Shown: piece after piece, positions 8,729 through 17,974 of the stretch
How the letters are laid out: every line of letters starts with the position of its first letter
Numbering within the stretch: position 1 is the first letter of the stretch
Assembly (NCBI GenBank): GCA_035285125.1
Contig: JAYKHR010000066.1
Location: forward strand, 128,001-192,000
From: Candidatus Sericytochromatia bacterium
GTDB taxonomy: Bacteria > Cyanobacteriota > Sericytochromatia > S15B-MN24 > JAQBPE01
DNA length: 64,000 nucleotides
Reading direction: 5' to 3'
The notes under the pieces: generated by a model
What the model was told of the DNA's origin: nothing
Database searches by the model: none
What the model saw: the letters and a program-made list of their open reading frames with translations, nothing else
Translations under genes and position numbers: made by a program

Positions 8729-9496
8729 CTACTTGGCAGTCTCCTTGAGCCAATCGGTGACGGTCTTGATCTCATCGGCAGAGAGGGTCTTGCCGAAAGC
8801 GGGCATACCGCCCTTGCCATTGGTCACCGAGTTGACAATGTCCCGACTGGCGAGGAAGTCCTTGCTCGCGAGGTTGGCCTGCGGCATGTTCTGCTTCGTC
8901 GGCCCGTGGCAAGCCTGGCAGTTGGCCGCGAAGATGGCTGCGCCATCCTTCTTAGCAGAAGGCGGTTGGGCCCCGCCACCCGCCGCGTGCGCACCGGGAG
9001 CGCCGTGACCGCCGGCAGCGGCCTTGAGTTCCTGCGCGTGAGGGTCGTTTGCGTCGTCCCAGTAGGCCTTGACCGTGAGGCCGACGACAAACAGCATCAA
9101 CAGCGACATCGACGCGACAGCGACCGGCCGACGGGTCCACCGACGGTAAGGGTTCGTGTCGTAAAACGGGAGCAGCAGGAGCGCCCCGGCAATCGCACCC
9201 GGAATGATCGCCACGGCAAAGATGGCGGTCCAGCCCGGAAAATACTTGAGCAGTTGGAAGAGCCACATGAAGTACCACTCAGGCCGGGGGAGGTACTGGC
9301 TCGTCGGGTCTGCCGGCGGGTCAAGATGAACGCCAACCTTGACGCTGAGGAAGATGAGGATGGCGAGCAACGCTGCCGCGACGATGACGTCCTTGTAGGT
9401 CGCGAAGGGGTGGAAGGCATAGCCCGCCTCCTTCATCTTCTTGTATTCGACCTCGTAGACTTGCTTTTCAGTGGGATCGTTGAAGAAGCCGCCCAT
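8729..9496 (-). CDS. Cytochrome b subunit IV fused to a C-terminal monoheme cytochrome c (QcrC-like)
   Basis: PPADP..YLPRPEWYF (Qo PEWY motif), 3 TM helices, LLPFYD..P.RR...RP, then CQACH heme motif and GKGGMPAFG axial Met. Confidence 0.9.
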   Translation of the reverse strand: MGGFFNDPTEKQVYEVEYKKMKEAGYAFHPFATYKDVIVAAALLAILIFLSVKVGVHLDPPADPTSQYLPRPEWYFMWLFQLLKYFPGWTAIFAVAIIPGAIAGALLLLPFYDTNPYRRWTRRPVAVASMSLLMLFVVGLTVKAYWDDANDPHAQELKAAAGGHGAPGAHAAGGGAQPPSAKKDGAAIFAANCQACHGPTKQNMPQANLASKDFLASRDIVNSVTNGKGGMPAFGKTLSADEIKTVTDWLKETAK

Positions 9497-9499
9497 GGT

Positions 9500-10189
9500 T
9501 CAGTTGCTCCCCTTCACGCGGTCATACGCCTCGTCGAGCCGCTCGGGCAGGGGCGTGATGCCGATTCGGATGACCAGGTACAGGTGGATCCCGAGGAAGA
9601 CCAGCATCAGCGCCGGGATCATCAACATATGAATGGCATAGAAGCGCGTGAGCGTGAGCGCCCCGAGGGTCTCACCGCCACGCAGGATCTTCTTGGAGAG
9701 GTCACCCACGACGGGAATGGACTCGGGCACCTTGGTTCCCACCTCGGTGGCCCAGTAAGCCTTCTGGTCCCACGGCAGCAGGTAGCCCGTGAAGCCCAAC
9801 CCAAGCACGAGCCCCAGCAAGCCGACGCCCGACATCCACGTCAGTTCACGCGGGTACTTGTAGGCGCCGTAGAAGAAGACCTGCAGCATGTGCATCGTCA
9901 CAAGGATCACCATGGCGCTGGCGCCATAATGGTGCAGGCCCCGCACGATGTTGCCACCCCAGACGCTCTCCGTCAGGTATTTCACGCTGTCGTAGGCGTG
10001 GTCGGTCGTGGGCGCGTAGTACACGGCCAGGAACATTCCAGACACGGCCATGATGATGAAGGTGAACAGCGCGGCGAAGCCAAGCGTGTACCACCAGTCG
10101 ATCTTGGGCACGTTCCGGGACACGAGGGCGGCGTCGATGTCCCGGACTCCCAGGCGCAAATCGAGCCAGTCGAAGACTTTGCCCACCAT
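9500..10189 (-). CDS. Cytochrome b6-type (split) cytochrome b, N-terminal subunit (PetB/QcrB-like)
   Basis: RGLHHYGASAMVILVTMH, PRELTWMSG, FTGYLLPWDQKAYWA, TLTRFYAIHMLMIPALMLVFLGIH; 4 TM helices; AGAAGGAG RBS. Confidence 0.93.
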   Translation of the reverse strand: MVGKVFDWLDLRLGVRDIDAALVSRNVPKIDWWYTLGFAALFTFIIMAVSGMFLAVYYAPTTDHAYDSVKYLTESVWGGNIVRGLHHYGASAMVILVTMHMLQVFFYGAYKYPRELTWMSGVGLLGLVLGLGFTGYLLPWDQKAYWATEVGTKVPESIPVVGDLSKKILRGGETLGALTLTRFYAIHMLMIPALMLVFLGIHLYLVIRIGITPLPERLDEAYDRVKGSN

Positions 10190-10279
10190 TCGGAGACTCC
10201 TTCTACGTTGGTACAACAGGTGTGTGTATGCGGGCAGCGTCCGGGCGGCCGAGCGAGCGAGCGAACGGACAATGCCGGG

Positions 10280-10309
10280 ATCCTACCTCCAGCGCCGAGG
10301 CCGCGTCAA
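10280..10309 (-). promoter_or_regulatory. Putative sigma70 promoter of the cytochrome b operon
   Basis: Minus strand TTGACG-N18-TAGGAT between the alr stop and the cytochrome b start. Confidence 0.6.
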
Positions 10310-10318
10310 TGGCGCCCC

Positions 10319-11491
10319 TCACCGGTAGTAGACGCGAGGCAAGCGCTGCCCCAGGCCGCAAAGCACCTCATAGCTGATGGTGCCCGCTGCGGAGGCCCAC
10401 CGCTCGATCGAGATGGCGTCGGGTCCCTGCCCTCCGAGCAGGCAGACCTCCTCGCCTGGCTCGACCGGAAGGTCTCCCACGTCGATAACCGTCTGATCCA
10501 TCGAAACCCGGCCCACAATCGGACACGGCTGGCCCCTGACCACCACGGCCCCCTTGTTGGACAGCGAGCGTGGCAGGCCATCGGCGTAGCCCACTGGCAC
10601 CAGCGCAAGCCGCGTGGCCTTCGGCGCCGCCCAGGTCGAGCCGTATCCGACGCGGGCTCCCTGCCCGACATCCTTCACCTGGGAGACGCGGGCTCGAACG
10701 CTCATGACGGGGATCAGTGCCACGGGCGAGGGCTCCTCTGGGCGCGGAGAGTGGCCGTACAGCGCAAGCCCGACCCGGACCATGTCGAGGTGCGCATGGG
10801 GGAGAAAAATGGCGCCAGCGCTGTTGGCGACGTGCCGCAAGATCCCAATCTCGGCGGCGTGGAGGCGTTCCGCGAGGGCATTGAAGCTCTGCAACTGCCG
10901 CTCAGCATCGTGGGGCTGATCCGCTTCTGCCGAGGCGAAGTGCGAGGACAACCCGGTCATCCGCAGCGCATCCGAGTGAAGCACGTGCTGAGCCAGGCCA
11001 ATGGCCTCGTGCACCTCACACCCCACCCGCGTCATCCCAGTGTTCACCTTGAGGTGAAGCTCGGCAGCCCGCCCCAACCCGCGCGCAACGCGCTCAACCA
11101 GCCGGATCTGCCGAGCCGAGCTCACCGTCAGCTGCAGCCCGGCGTCGATGGCGGGTTGGTAAGCCGCATCAGGGACGATTCCCAGAACCAGGATGGGGGC
11201 CTGGTGGCCGCTGCGACGGAGCTTGACGCCCTCGTCCACCGTCGCCACCCCCAGCGAGGAAGCGCCGTGTTGCAAGGCCGCCTCGGCCACCATCGAGGCG
11301 CCGTGTCCGTAGGCGTCGGCCTTAACCACAGCCATCAACCTGGTGCCGGGGTTCAGGGCTGACCGCAAGGCGCGCACGTTGGCGGCCAACCCGACAAGAT
11401 CGATGCCCAGCCAGGCACCGCGCATGTTGGCCTGCTCCATCGCCACCCGGAGGTGGGACTTCTGGAAGGCAGTGCGGGAGGTCTCGATCAC
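10319..11491 (-). CDS. alr: Alanine racemase
   Basis: MAVVKADAYGHG (PLP lysine), HLKVNTGMTRVG, GYADG, GRVSMDQ, GTISYEVLC. Confidence 0.96.
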   Translation of the reverse strand: MIETSRTAFQKSHLRVAMEQANMRGAWLGIDLVGLAANVRALRSALNPGTRLMAVVKADAYGHGASMVAEAALQHGASSLGVATVDEGVKLRRSGHQAPILVLGIVPDAAYQPAIDAGLQLTVSSARQIRLVERVARGLGRAAELHLKVNTGMTRVGCEVHEAIGLAQHVLHSDALRMTGLSSHFASAEADQPHDAERQLQSFNALAERLHAAEIGILRHVANSAGAIFLPHAHLDMVRVGLALYGHSPRPEEPSPVALIPVMSVRARVSQVKDVGQGARVGYGSTWAAPKATRLALVPVGYADGLPRSLSNKGAVVVRGQPCPIVGRVSMDQTVIDVGDLPVEPGEEVCLLGGQGPDAISIERWASAAGTISYEVLCGLGQRLPRVYYR

Positions 11492-11576
11492 AGGCGGATC
11501 GTACAACGGAACACAACGATTCTGCGAGGGGGGCTGGTAGGCAGGCCTCGGCGCACGGACGCGCCCTCGTCGACGT

Positions 11577-12770
11577 TCAGTCCGAGCCGCCAGAGTAGGG
11601 CCAGGTCAAAGCGAGTGAGACGTCCCAACCAGCTGTGGGGTCGGAGCCACCGGCGAGCAACGGGTACCTCAGCGAGACGGACGCCCGCTGCCAGCGCACG
11701 CCCACGCGCATGTGAGCCGCCGGGTGGACCCCGCCGCTGGGCCCCTGAATGACGGTGGCACGGGCGCCCAGGCCCCCCTCGAAGGAAACGGCCTCAGGGC
11801 CCTGGACGCGCCGCGACGTGGCGAGCACATCGACCGACATCGCGGCCCCTTCCGTGAGGCCCGGTGCAGCCCGGAGGGCTGACGGGGTGAAGGCGCCAAT
11901 CATCCAGACCCCCGGGCGCACATCGAGCGACGGAAGCACCGGCCTGTTGAACTCCAGCACCCAGGCGTCGAGAGGCAACCGCCCGGAAGCCATCGCGTAA
12001 CCCGCGCGCCAACCGCCCACGAGCCCAGGCCCCCGAGCCAAGCCAGGCGGGCTCGTGAGGGGCCCTGAGGGGCCAGGGGCCGGCAGGTCCGGCGCAGCGA
12101 GAGCAGGCTCCCCCACGGCCCCAAGGTCAGCGGGTGGGGTAGCCGTGGCAGAAGCGCCCGGAGTCGGCGAGGGAGCTGGGGGCCGGGGCTGCTCCAGCAA
12201 CGGCGACGGATTAGGGGTCCGGGCTGGCTCAGGGGCAGCCGGGGAAGGTGTCGGTGTGACGACGGGCGGCTTTTTGAGCACCGCTGGGCTCTCCGCTGGC
12301 GCCCCGACCACCGGCGGCGGCGGAATCCGAACGGAGGGGCCCTCCTCCTGGTAGGCCAGCCGCGTGTGGTACTCCGCCTTGGAGATTCGTCTCGCCAGGT
12401 AAGCATCCAGGTCGGCACGACGCACCCGGCAACGCTGCGATGCCACGCCGTGGACGTGCTCGAAGACCACCTCCACCGGAGCGGCGTAGCTTTGAAAGGC
12501 AGCGTAAGCCACCAGGCTGGCCCGCTTCAGGAAGAGCTCGCGCTCCATCGAGCCGCCACACGTCACCACCAGGCGCCGCGGCGCCTCGGCCGTGATAGAC
12601 AGAATGACGAGCCCTTCCCGGGCCGCGATGGCACGGACGGCCTCGAGCGGGAGAAGCCTCCCCCCTTCGACGGCCGACCCGCTGGCCCCCAGCGCCCGAC
12701 CTTCTCCCCCGACGAGAATCGCGAAGGCGAGACCCAACAGCCTGGAGACAACAAGGGCTCGCTGCGTCAC
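11577..12770 (-). CDS. Hypothetical secreted protein: N-terminal domain, Pro-rich linker, beta-strand-rich C-terminus (possible outer-membrane barrel)
   Basis: Signal-peptide-like N-terminus; PTPSP-rich middle; alternating hydrophobic strands ending WDVSLALTW; GTGA overlap with upstream gene. Confidence 0.5.
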   Translation of the reverse strand: MTQRALVVSRLLGLAFAILVGGEGRALGASGSAVEGGRLLPLEAVRAIAAREGLVILSITAEAPRRLVVTCGGSMERELFLKRASLVAYAAFQSYAAPVEVVFEHVHGVASQRCRVRRADLDAYLARRISKAEYHTRLAYQEEGPSVRIPPPPVVGAPAESPAVLKKPPVVTPTPSPAAPEPARTPNPSPLLEQPRPPAPSPTPGASATATPPADLGAVGEPALAAPDLPAPGPSGPLTSPPGLARGPGLVGGWRAGYAMASGRLPLDAWVLEFNRPVLPSLDVRPGVWMIGAFTPSALRAAPGLTEGAAMSVDVLATSRRVQGPEAVSFEGGLGARATVIQGPSGGVHPAAHMRVGVRWQRASVSLRYPLLAGGSDPTAGWDVSLALTWPYSGGSD

Positions 12771-14062
12771 GGCTCGAAGATCTTGGCGCGAACGTCGGCA
12801 GGCACGAGTTCGGGCGCGGGATCAAGAATTCGCGCCTGCGCGTGTCCGCGGCTACCGGCGGCCTCAGTGCGTTCGACCTTGCGGGGCGGCTTCGACACCT
12901 TGAGCGCAGGCCGGGGTGCCCGCTCGGCCCTCGGCTTGGCCGCGGGCACCACCTGGGCGCTGCGCACCACCGGGGCAGGCACGAAGTCGACCTCTGCCAC
13001 AGGGGGGCGACTGCGCCCGAGCGGCGCAGCGGCGGACGAAACTTCCGTGCCTCTCAGTTCCAGCACTCGCTGCGACGCGTGGTTCGTCAGACCCTCGTCC
13101 TGGGAAATGGCGGCGATGCACTGCCAGGCACTCACGGCTCCCGCGCGGTCGCCATCGGCCTCCAGCTTGCTGGCCTCCGCCGCAAGCGCCACGAGAGCCT
13201 TGCGGAACCCTTCCTCCTCCGAAGCAGCCAGCACCTTCGGGCTGGGCTCCACGGCGAGCGCGGGGGCGCGCGCGGCGACCATCACGGCAATGATCCCTGC
13301 CGCGAGCAACGACCCACCGGCAGCGACCGCCACCCAGAGGCGCTTGGTGCGCTCAGCCTGCCACGCCGCGTCGGCGACTCCGTCGAACTCCTCCCGCCGG
13401 GCCTCGAGGCTGGCCTCCAGTTCCCGCCGTTCAGCCTCCGAACGACGCTGGGCCTCTTGAAGACCACGCTCGAGCGCCGCAGTGGCCTGAACCTGAGCGC
13501 CGAGGCGCGCCTCCACGTCCACGCAAGTGACCCGGAGGGCCGCCAGTTCCACGCGCAGCTGCTCAGCCTCCCGCCGAGAGGCGTCCGCTTCTGCCGCCAC
13601 CTTGTTGCGTTCGAGCAACACGGCTTCGAGCTTCTGCTCCAACTGAGCCGTCGCCGCCGGGGCCGGGGGGCTACCCTGGGAGGCGACGACGTCCCCCGCA
13701 TCCCCTCCGAGGGCTTGCCAACCTTCCAGCCAAGCGTGCCTGGCAGGCTCAGCCCAGACCTGCAGCCTCCCCAAGCGCTCGTACGCCCCGCGCCTGTCTT
13801 GCTCCACCCTGGCGTGCGCAGCGAGGGCCTCGACGGCGGCGACCTGAAGGGACTCGTCACGGGTCGTCAATGCCACCACCATCACCGCGTCCCAGCTCCG
13901 TGGAGCCTGTCGCAACATGCGCAGTGCGGCAAGCCTGGCCTCAGGGACATCGCCGCGCGCCAAGGCGTCGATGGCGGCGTCGTACCAGACGTGTTCTGGC
14001 ACGGCTGGCTCCGCAGGGGCAGCGGGGTTGGTGCGGGAAAGCTGAGGTTGAGGGTCGGTCAT
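12767..14062 (-). CDS. Hypothetical membrane-anchored protein with TPR-like N-terminus and coiled coil
   Basis: Helical N-terminus, E/A/R-rich heptads (LEQKLEAVLLERNK...), one TM (LWVAVAAGGSLLAAGIIAVMVAA). Confidence 0.55.
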   Translation of the reverse strand: MTDPQPQLSRTNPAAPAEPAVPEHVWYDAAIDALARGDVPEARLAALRMLRQAPRSWDAVMVVALTTRDESLQVAAVEALAAHARVEQDRRGAYERLGRLQVWAEPARHAWLEGWQALGGDAGDVVASQGSPPAPAATAQLEQKLEAVLLERNKVAAEADASRREAEQLRVELAALRVTCVDVEARLGAQVQATAALERGLQEAQRRSEAERRELEASLEARREEFDGVADAAWQAERTKRLWVAVAAGGSLLAAGIIAVMVAARAPALAVEPSPKVLAASEEEGFRKALVALAAEASKLEADGDRAGAVSAWQCIAAISQDEGLTNHASQRVLELRGTEVSSAAAPLGRSRPPVAEVDFVPAPVVRSAQVVPAAKPRAERAPRPALKVSKPPRKVERTEAAGSRGHAQARILDPAPELVPADVRAKIFEP

Positions 14063-14161
14063 GCCTGCGCCTGAAAGTGCCAGGGGATCACGCCCATCCT
14101 AGACAGAAGCGTCGCCCCCAGCAGTGGCAGACAGCACAGGCCTCCCGCCCCTCCCTGGCTG

Positions 14162-14356
14162 TCAGGGCTGGCGGATCACGTCAGGCGGGTTGTCTCGGTC
14201 CACCTGACGGGCGCCAGCCGCCCCACAGGGTTTGCACGTCAACCGCCCCAGCTTCGCAGCCCGCTGCAGGATGGGGATCTCTGCGGCCTGGCGCTTGTCG
14301 TCGGCCTTCACCTCAGACTCGCAGTGCTGACACTTGCCAATCACGATCATGGGCAC
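14162..14356 (-). CDS. Small CxxC...CxxC putative zinc-binding protein
   Basis: CQHC and CKPC pairs; AAAAGGAG RBS; same strand as neighbours. Confidence 0.6.
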   Translation of the reverse strand: MPMIVIGKCQHCESEVKADDKRQAAEIPILQRAAKLGRLTCKPCGAAGARQVDRDNPPDVIRQP

Positions 14357-14393
14357 GTGGCTGTTCTCCTTTTTGCCTGGGGGCGGACCTGGC

Positions 14394-15263
14394 TCAGACC
14401 AGGCTGGTGGCGCGAGCCCTCAGGCGCCGCATCAGGTCCGTCATCTGCTTCCGGTCGACGTGCGACGCCAACGCATGGCTGAGCCTGTCGGACAGGTCCA
14501 AGAGCTGGTTGAAGGTGCAACCTTCCAGGTCGTTCCAGCCCAGATCGTACAGCACGGCATCCAAAATTTCATGGGCTTGCTCGTAGCCCACGTACTCCAT
14601 GACGAGCTGGGAGAAGGCCTGGTAGCGAGTGGCCTGGGTGTTGGTCTGGCCAAAGGTGAAGCCCGACTGCTGGAAGCCATCATCGGTGTGGACCCGCACG
14701 GCCTGGGTGGCCAGCAGCATCCGCATCAGGCTGGCGATCTTGAGTTCGTCGAGGTTGCAGGCATGATGCAACTGGGCCATCGTGAAGGACCGCGGCAGGC
14801 CCCGGACGTACTGTGGGATCCACTCGGGTGGTGCGGCCTGATCCCATTGAAACGACTCCAACGCAGCGGGGGTGAAGGACACCGCGCTCGTCAGGCTCGG
14901 GACCAACGAACGGTATGCCTGGGTCGCGTCCATCTGGCGCATCCCCTCAAGCAAGAGGTAGTCCATTCTGCACGTGACGTCGGGCTGACCGAACTCGGCC
15001 TCCTCGTCGATCGCGACCAGCTTGAAGGTACCGGCGTTCCACCACCCCAAGATTCGATACACCGCCTGGTCCCCTGCGATGTGGTTCACCCGCGCACTTA
15101 CCAGCTCGCCGTGGCGAAAGAGCAGCTCCGCGTTCTGGCCGACCTCCACGCGCAGGAGTTGGAGCGACGCCGTCTTCTGCTCAAGCGCAATGAGCTGGAG
15201 GAGGTTCGGCAGACTGATGAGCCCCAGGTTGCCCTCGAGCAAGACGTTGGCTGAAATCGTCAC
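14394..15263 (-). CDS. DUF4388 (PatA-N-like) domain protein
   Basis: LEGNLGLISLPNLLQLIALEQKTASL...LLFRHGELVSA...GDQAVYRILGW..GTF...LLLEGMRQMD. Confidence 0.8.
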   Translation of the reverse strand: MTISANVLLEGNLGLISLPNLLQLIALEQKTASLQLLRVEVGQNAELLFRHGELVSARVNHIAGDQAVYRILGWWNAGTFKLVAIDEEAEFGQPDVTCRMDYLLLEGMRQMDATQAYRSLVPSLTSAVSFTPAALESFQWDQAAPPEWIPQYVRGLPRSFTMAQLHHACNLDELKIASLMRMLLATQAVRVHTDDGFQQSGFTFGQTNTQATRYQAFSQLVMEYVGYEQAHEILDAVLYDLGWNDLEGCTFNQLLDLSDRLSHALASHVDRKQMTDLMRRLRARATSLV

Positions 15264-15336
15264 GGTGTTGTGCCTCGTGAGTTGATGGACACGGCCAGTT
15301 ATACCCTGAGTGGCGCCCGATTGACGGTCTTCGGCC

Positions 15337-16899
15337 TCAGGCTGCGGCCCCCCGTCGGGTGGCCAGGCGCTCCCGAATCCGGGTGGGGCTCAGCCCCAGC
15401 ACAGCCAGGGAGCCTGTGTAGGCGACTGCGAGCACCAGGGCCTGCGCGACCAGAAGGACCGCTTCGCCTCCCGGCAGGGAGCCGCCAACCAGCCCCAAGC
15501 GCGTCACGTGAGCGGCACCGCCGGCCACGAGGGCGGCCACAGCAGCTCGCACGGCGTCTCCGGTGCCATCACCGAACGGCCAGGCCCCGAGCCGGCGACG
15601 CAACAGCCACGTGGTGGCCGCGCAGTTCAGCACCGTGACACCGGAGGTCACGAGCGCAAGGCCGTCGAGCCCCCACCGCGACACCACCATCGCCATGCCA
15701 GCGGCTGTCACGGCCAGCGATGCCACGCTCACGAGCAGCGGCGTCCGGCCGTCGTTCAGCGCATAGAACACCCTGACCACCAGGTCCCGCACGGCATACG
15801 CGGGTATGCCGAGGGCGCACAGCCCAAGCACACGGGCCGTCGCCTCGGCATCGGCAGCCGTGAAGGCACCTCGCTGGTAGACGAGCGAGACGATGGGGGT
15901 GCCGGCCGAGAGGAACAGCGCCACCAGGGGCATCGAGACGAGCGAGATGGCCGAAACGCCCTGTGCCAGCCGGGCCCTCAGGGCCTCACCATCACCCGAG
16001 ACAACGGCCCGGGTCAGCATCGGGAACAGGGGAATCAGCAACGCCGTCATCAGCACGCCGAGGGGCAACTGGACCAGCTTGTTGGCGTAGTCGAAGACGC
16101 TGATGGAGCCTGCGGGCAACGCCGATGCGAAGTTGGTGCCGATGACGACGGCCAGCGTCCCGACGGTCGAACTCACGCAAGCAGGCAGCAACATTTGCCA
16201 GATGCCACGCAACTCGGGATGCCTCATGGGGCACGGCGGCGTGCCGGGGCTGCGGGAACGCCATAGCCTCACGGCTGCGTCGGCCTGCAAGAGGACCTGC
16301 CCGATCCCCCCGAGCAGGGTGCCCCAGGCCAGCATCAACGGGTCGGAGGACCACAGCACCGTCCCAATGACGGCCACGCTCGCCACCAGAGGCGATAGGG
16401 ACGGCCTCTTGAAGTCCCCAAGGTCATTCGACACGCCGCAGAGGATGCCAACCCAACCGCCCATCACGATGAGGGGCGCCATGATCCGCAGCTGGGCCAC
16501 GGCGAGGTCGAAGACAGGCTCCGGTGCCCGGGACGCCACCGCCGAGATGAGGGCTGGGGCAGCGAGGCACGCAAGCACAGCCCCTCCGCCCATCACCAGC
16601 GTGACCCAAGCCGCCAGCGCCACGACCACCCCGGGGACCTCGGCCCCGCGTCCCTGCTCCCGCAAACTCGTGACGACGCGCTGCGTGGCCGTGTGGAACG
16701 GCCCGGTCAGGCCCCCCAACAAGATGAGCGCGAATGACGGGATGATGTAGGCGGCCGTGTAAGCGTCTTTTGCCACGCCAGCGCCGTGGACGGCGGCAAT
16801 GACCAGCTCCCGGCCAAAGCCGACGGCCTTGGAAAGCAGCGTGACCAGGGCGATGGCAGAGGCAACGCCGAGCAACCCTTTAGACACGCGGCTGCGCAT
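15337..16899 (-). CDS. murJ: Lipid II flippase MurJ (MviN)
   Basis: TLLSKAVGFGRE, DAYTAAYIIP...GGLTGPFH, YANKLVQLPLG, YQRGAF, RVFYALNDGRTP; start moved to ATG 16899 because 16899-17001 lies in gmhB. Confidence 0.92.
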   Translation of the reverse strand: MRSRVSKGLLGVASAIALVTLLSKAVGFGRELVIAAVHGAGVAKDAYTAAYIIPSFALILLGGLTGPFHTATQRVVTSLREQGRGAEVPGVVVALAAWVTLVMGGGAVLACLAAPALISAVASRAPEPVFDLAVAQLRIMAPLIVMGGWVGILCGVSNDLGDFKRPSLSPLVASVAVIGTVLWSSDPLMLAWGTLLGGIGQVLLQADAAVRLWRSRSPGTPPCPMRHPELRGIWQMLLPACVSSTVGTLAVVIGTNFASALPAGSISVFDYANKLVQLPLGVLMTALLIPLFPMLTRAVVSGDGEALRARLAQGVSAISLVSMPLVALFLSAGTPIVSLVYQRGAFTAADAEATARVLGLCALGIPAYAVRDLVVRVFYALNDGRTPLLVSVASLAVTAAGMAMVVSRWGLDGLALVTSGVTVLNCAATTWLLRRRLGAWPFGDGTGDAVRAAVAALVAGGAAHVTRLGLVGGSLPGGEAVLLVAQALVLAVAYTGSLAVLGLSPTRIRERLATRRGAAA

Positions 16900-17470
16900 C
16901 CCCTGCCCTGACGACCCAGGCGGCGGCCTCCACGATGGTGTCGGCGACGAAGTCCGGCTGACAGGCCCACTGGTAACGCCCTGCGAGGACGTCCTCGCCA
17001 TACCCTGAGCGTAGCAACACGGTGCGGCAGCCGGCCCGTTGGCCGACCTCGACGTCAGTGGCCTTGTCTCCGACCATGAAGCTTCTCGTCAGGTCGATGC
17101 CGTGTTTCTGCGCGGCCGCGACGAGCATGCCCGGCTCTGGCTTTCGGCAGTCGCAGGCGAGGGCGTACTCGGGCACGGGGCCATCGGGAAGGTGGGGGCA
17201 GTAGTACACGTCGTCGAGGCGCGCGCCACCCTCGGCGAGCAACTCCGCCAGGCGCCCGTGCAGGGCGTGGATCCAGGCTTCAGGGTAGAACCCTCGCGCC
17301 GGGCCGCTCTGGTTGGTGGCGAGCACGACGAGGAAGCCTGCGCCCGAAAGCCGCCGGATGGCTTCTGCAGCGCCGGGCATCAGGACCAACCTGTCGAGGT
17401 CGGTGATGTAACCCGCCTCGACGTTGATCGTTCCATCCCTGTCCAAGAACACCGCAGGCAAGCCAGTCAT
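16880..17470 (-). CDS. gmhB: D-glycero-D-manno-heptose-1,7-bisphosphate phosphatase (HAD-IIIA)
   Basis: FLDRDGTIN, TNQSG.ARG, YYCPHLP...CDCRKPEPGM, SFMVGDK. Confidence 0.88.
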   Translation of the reverse strand: MTGLPAVFLDRDGTINVEAGYITDLDRLVLMPGAAEAIRRLSGAGFLVVLATNQSGPARGFYPEAWIHALHGRLAELLAEGGARLDDVYYCPHLPDGPVPEYALACDCRKPEPGMLVAAAQKHGIDLTRSFMVGDKATDVEVGQRAGCRTVLLRSGYGEDVLAGRYQWACQPDFVADTIVEAAAWVVRAGDAQPRV

Positions 17471-17659
17471 GGGGTATCGTCGCCTCTCGAAGCAGCGTCC
17501 ATGCTTACCACGCCCGGGCTGTCTGCGCCAGACGAGCCCCTTGCAATGCGCGACAGCATGTTGGTGCTGCCCCTGCGCTCCCGCACCATAGCCCTCATTG
17601 GCGGCCATGGCTGCGCCACGGGTGGCGGGTGGTGGCCCCGGGGGAGGGAGGAGGAGCAG

Positions 17660-17914
17660 ATGATGTCGCTGCTGACGTGGGTGGTGGTTGGGCTCATCGC
17701 GGGCCTGTTGGCGGACCTGGTGGTGCCTGGCAAGCAGAACTGGCTGGTCGACACGCTGGTGGGGATGGCCGGGGCCATCGTGGGAGGGTGGCTGTTCTCG
17801 GCGTTCGGGGGTGCACCTGCGACCGGATTCAACCCGTGGAGCATCCTGGTGGCGTTCATCGGTGCGGTGGTGGTGCTGCTGCTGGTGAAGGCGTTCCAGG
17901 CCCGAGCCATCTGA
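17660..17914 (+). CDS. GlsB/YeaQ/YmgE transglycosylase-associated membrane protein
   Basis: WVVVGLIAGLLA..VVPG...VGMAGAIVGGWLF...SILVAFIGAVVVL; strong GGAGGAG RBS. Confidence 0.9.
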   Translation: MMSLLTWVVVGLIAGLLADLVVPGKQNWLVDTLVGMAGAIVGGWLFSAFGGAPATGFNPWSILVAFIGAVVVLLLVKAFQARAI

Positions 17915-17974
17915 GGGCAGTGGTACAATGTCCCCGGTGGGCCGCTGCGCTGCGGTCCCCGGGGGTAAGCAGAC

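Noticed and set aside
10219..10265. (GT)n and (GAGC)3 microsatellite-like runs in the cytochrome b leader
   Set aside because: Too short to support phase variation or a defined element.
8906..11362. 818-aa plus-strand ORF, and similar long ORFs (39474..41369, 37230..38900, 54386..56224, 60629..62500, 28006..29616)
   Set aside because: They are antisense shadows of well-supported genes, expected in GC-rich DNA with few stop codons, and have no recognisable motifs.
16900..17001. Extended MurJ N-terminus with an apparent leaderless start (TACGCT-N6-ATG)
   Set aside because: This stretch encodes the conserved C-terminal part of GmhB; MurJ homology starts near 16899.
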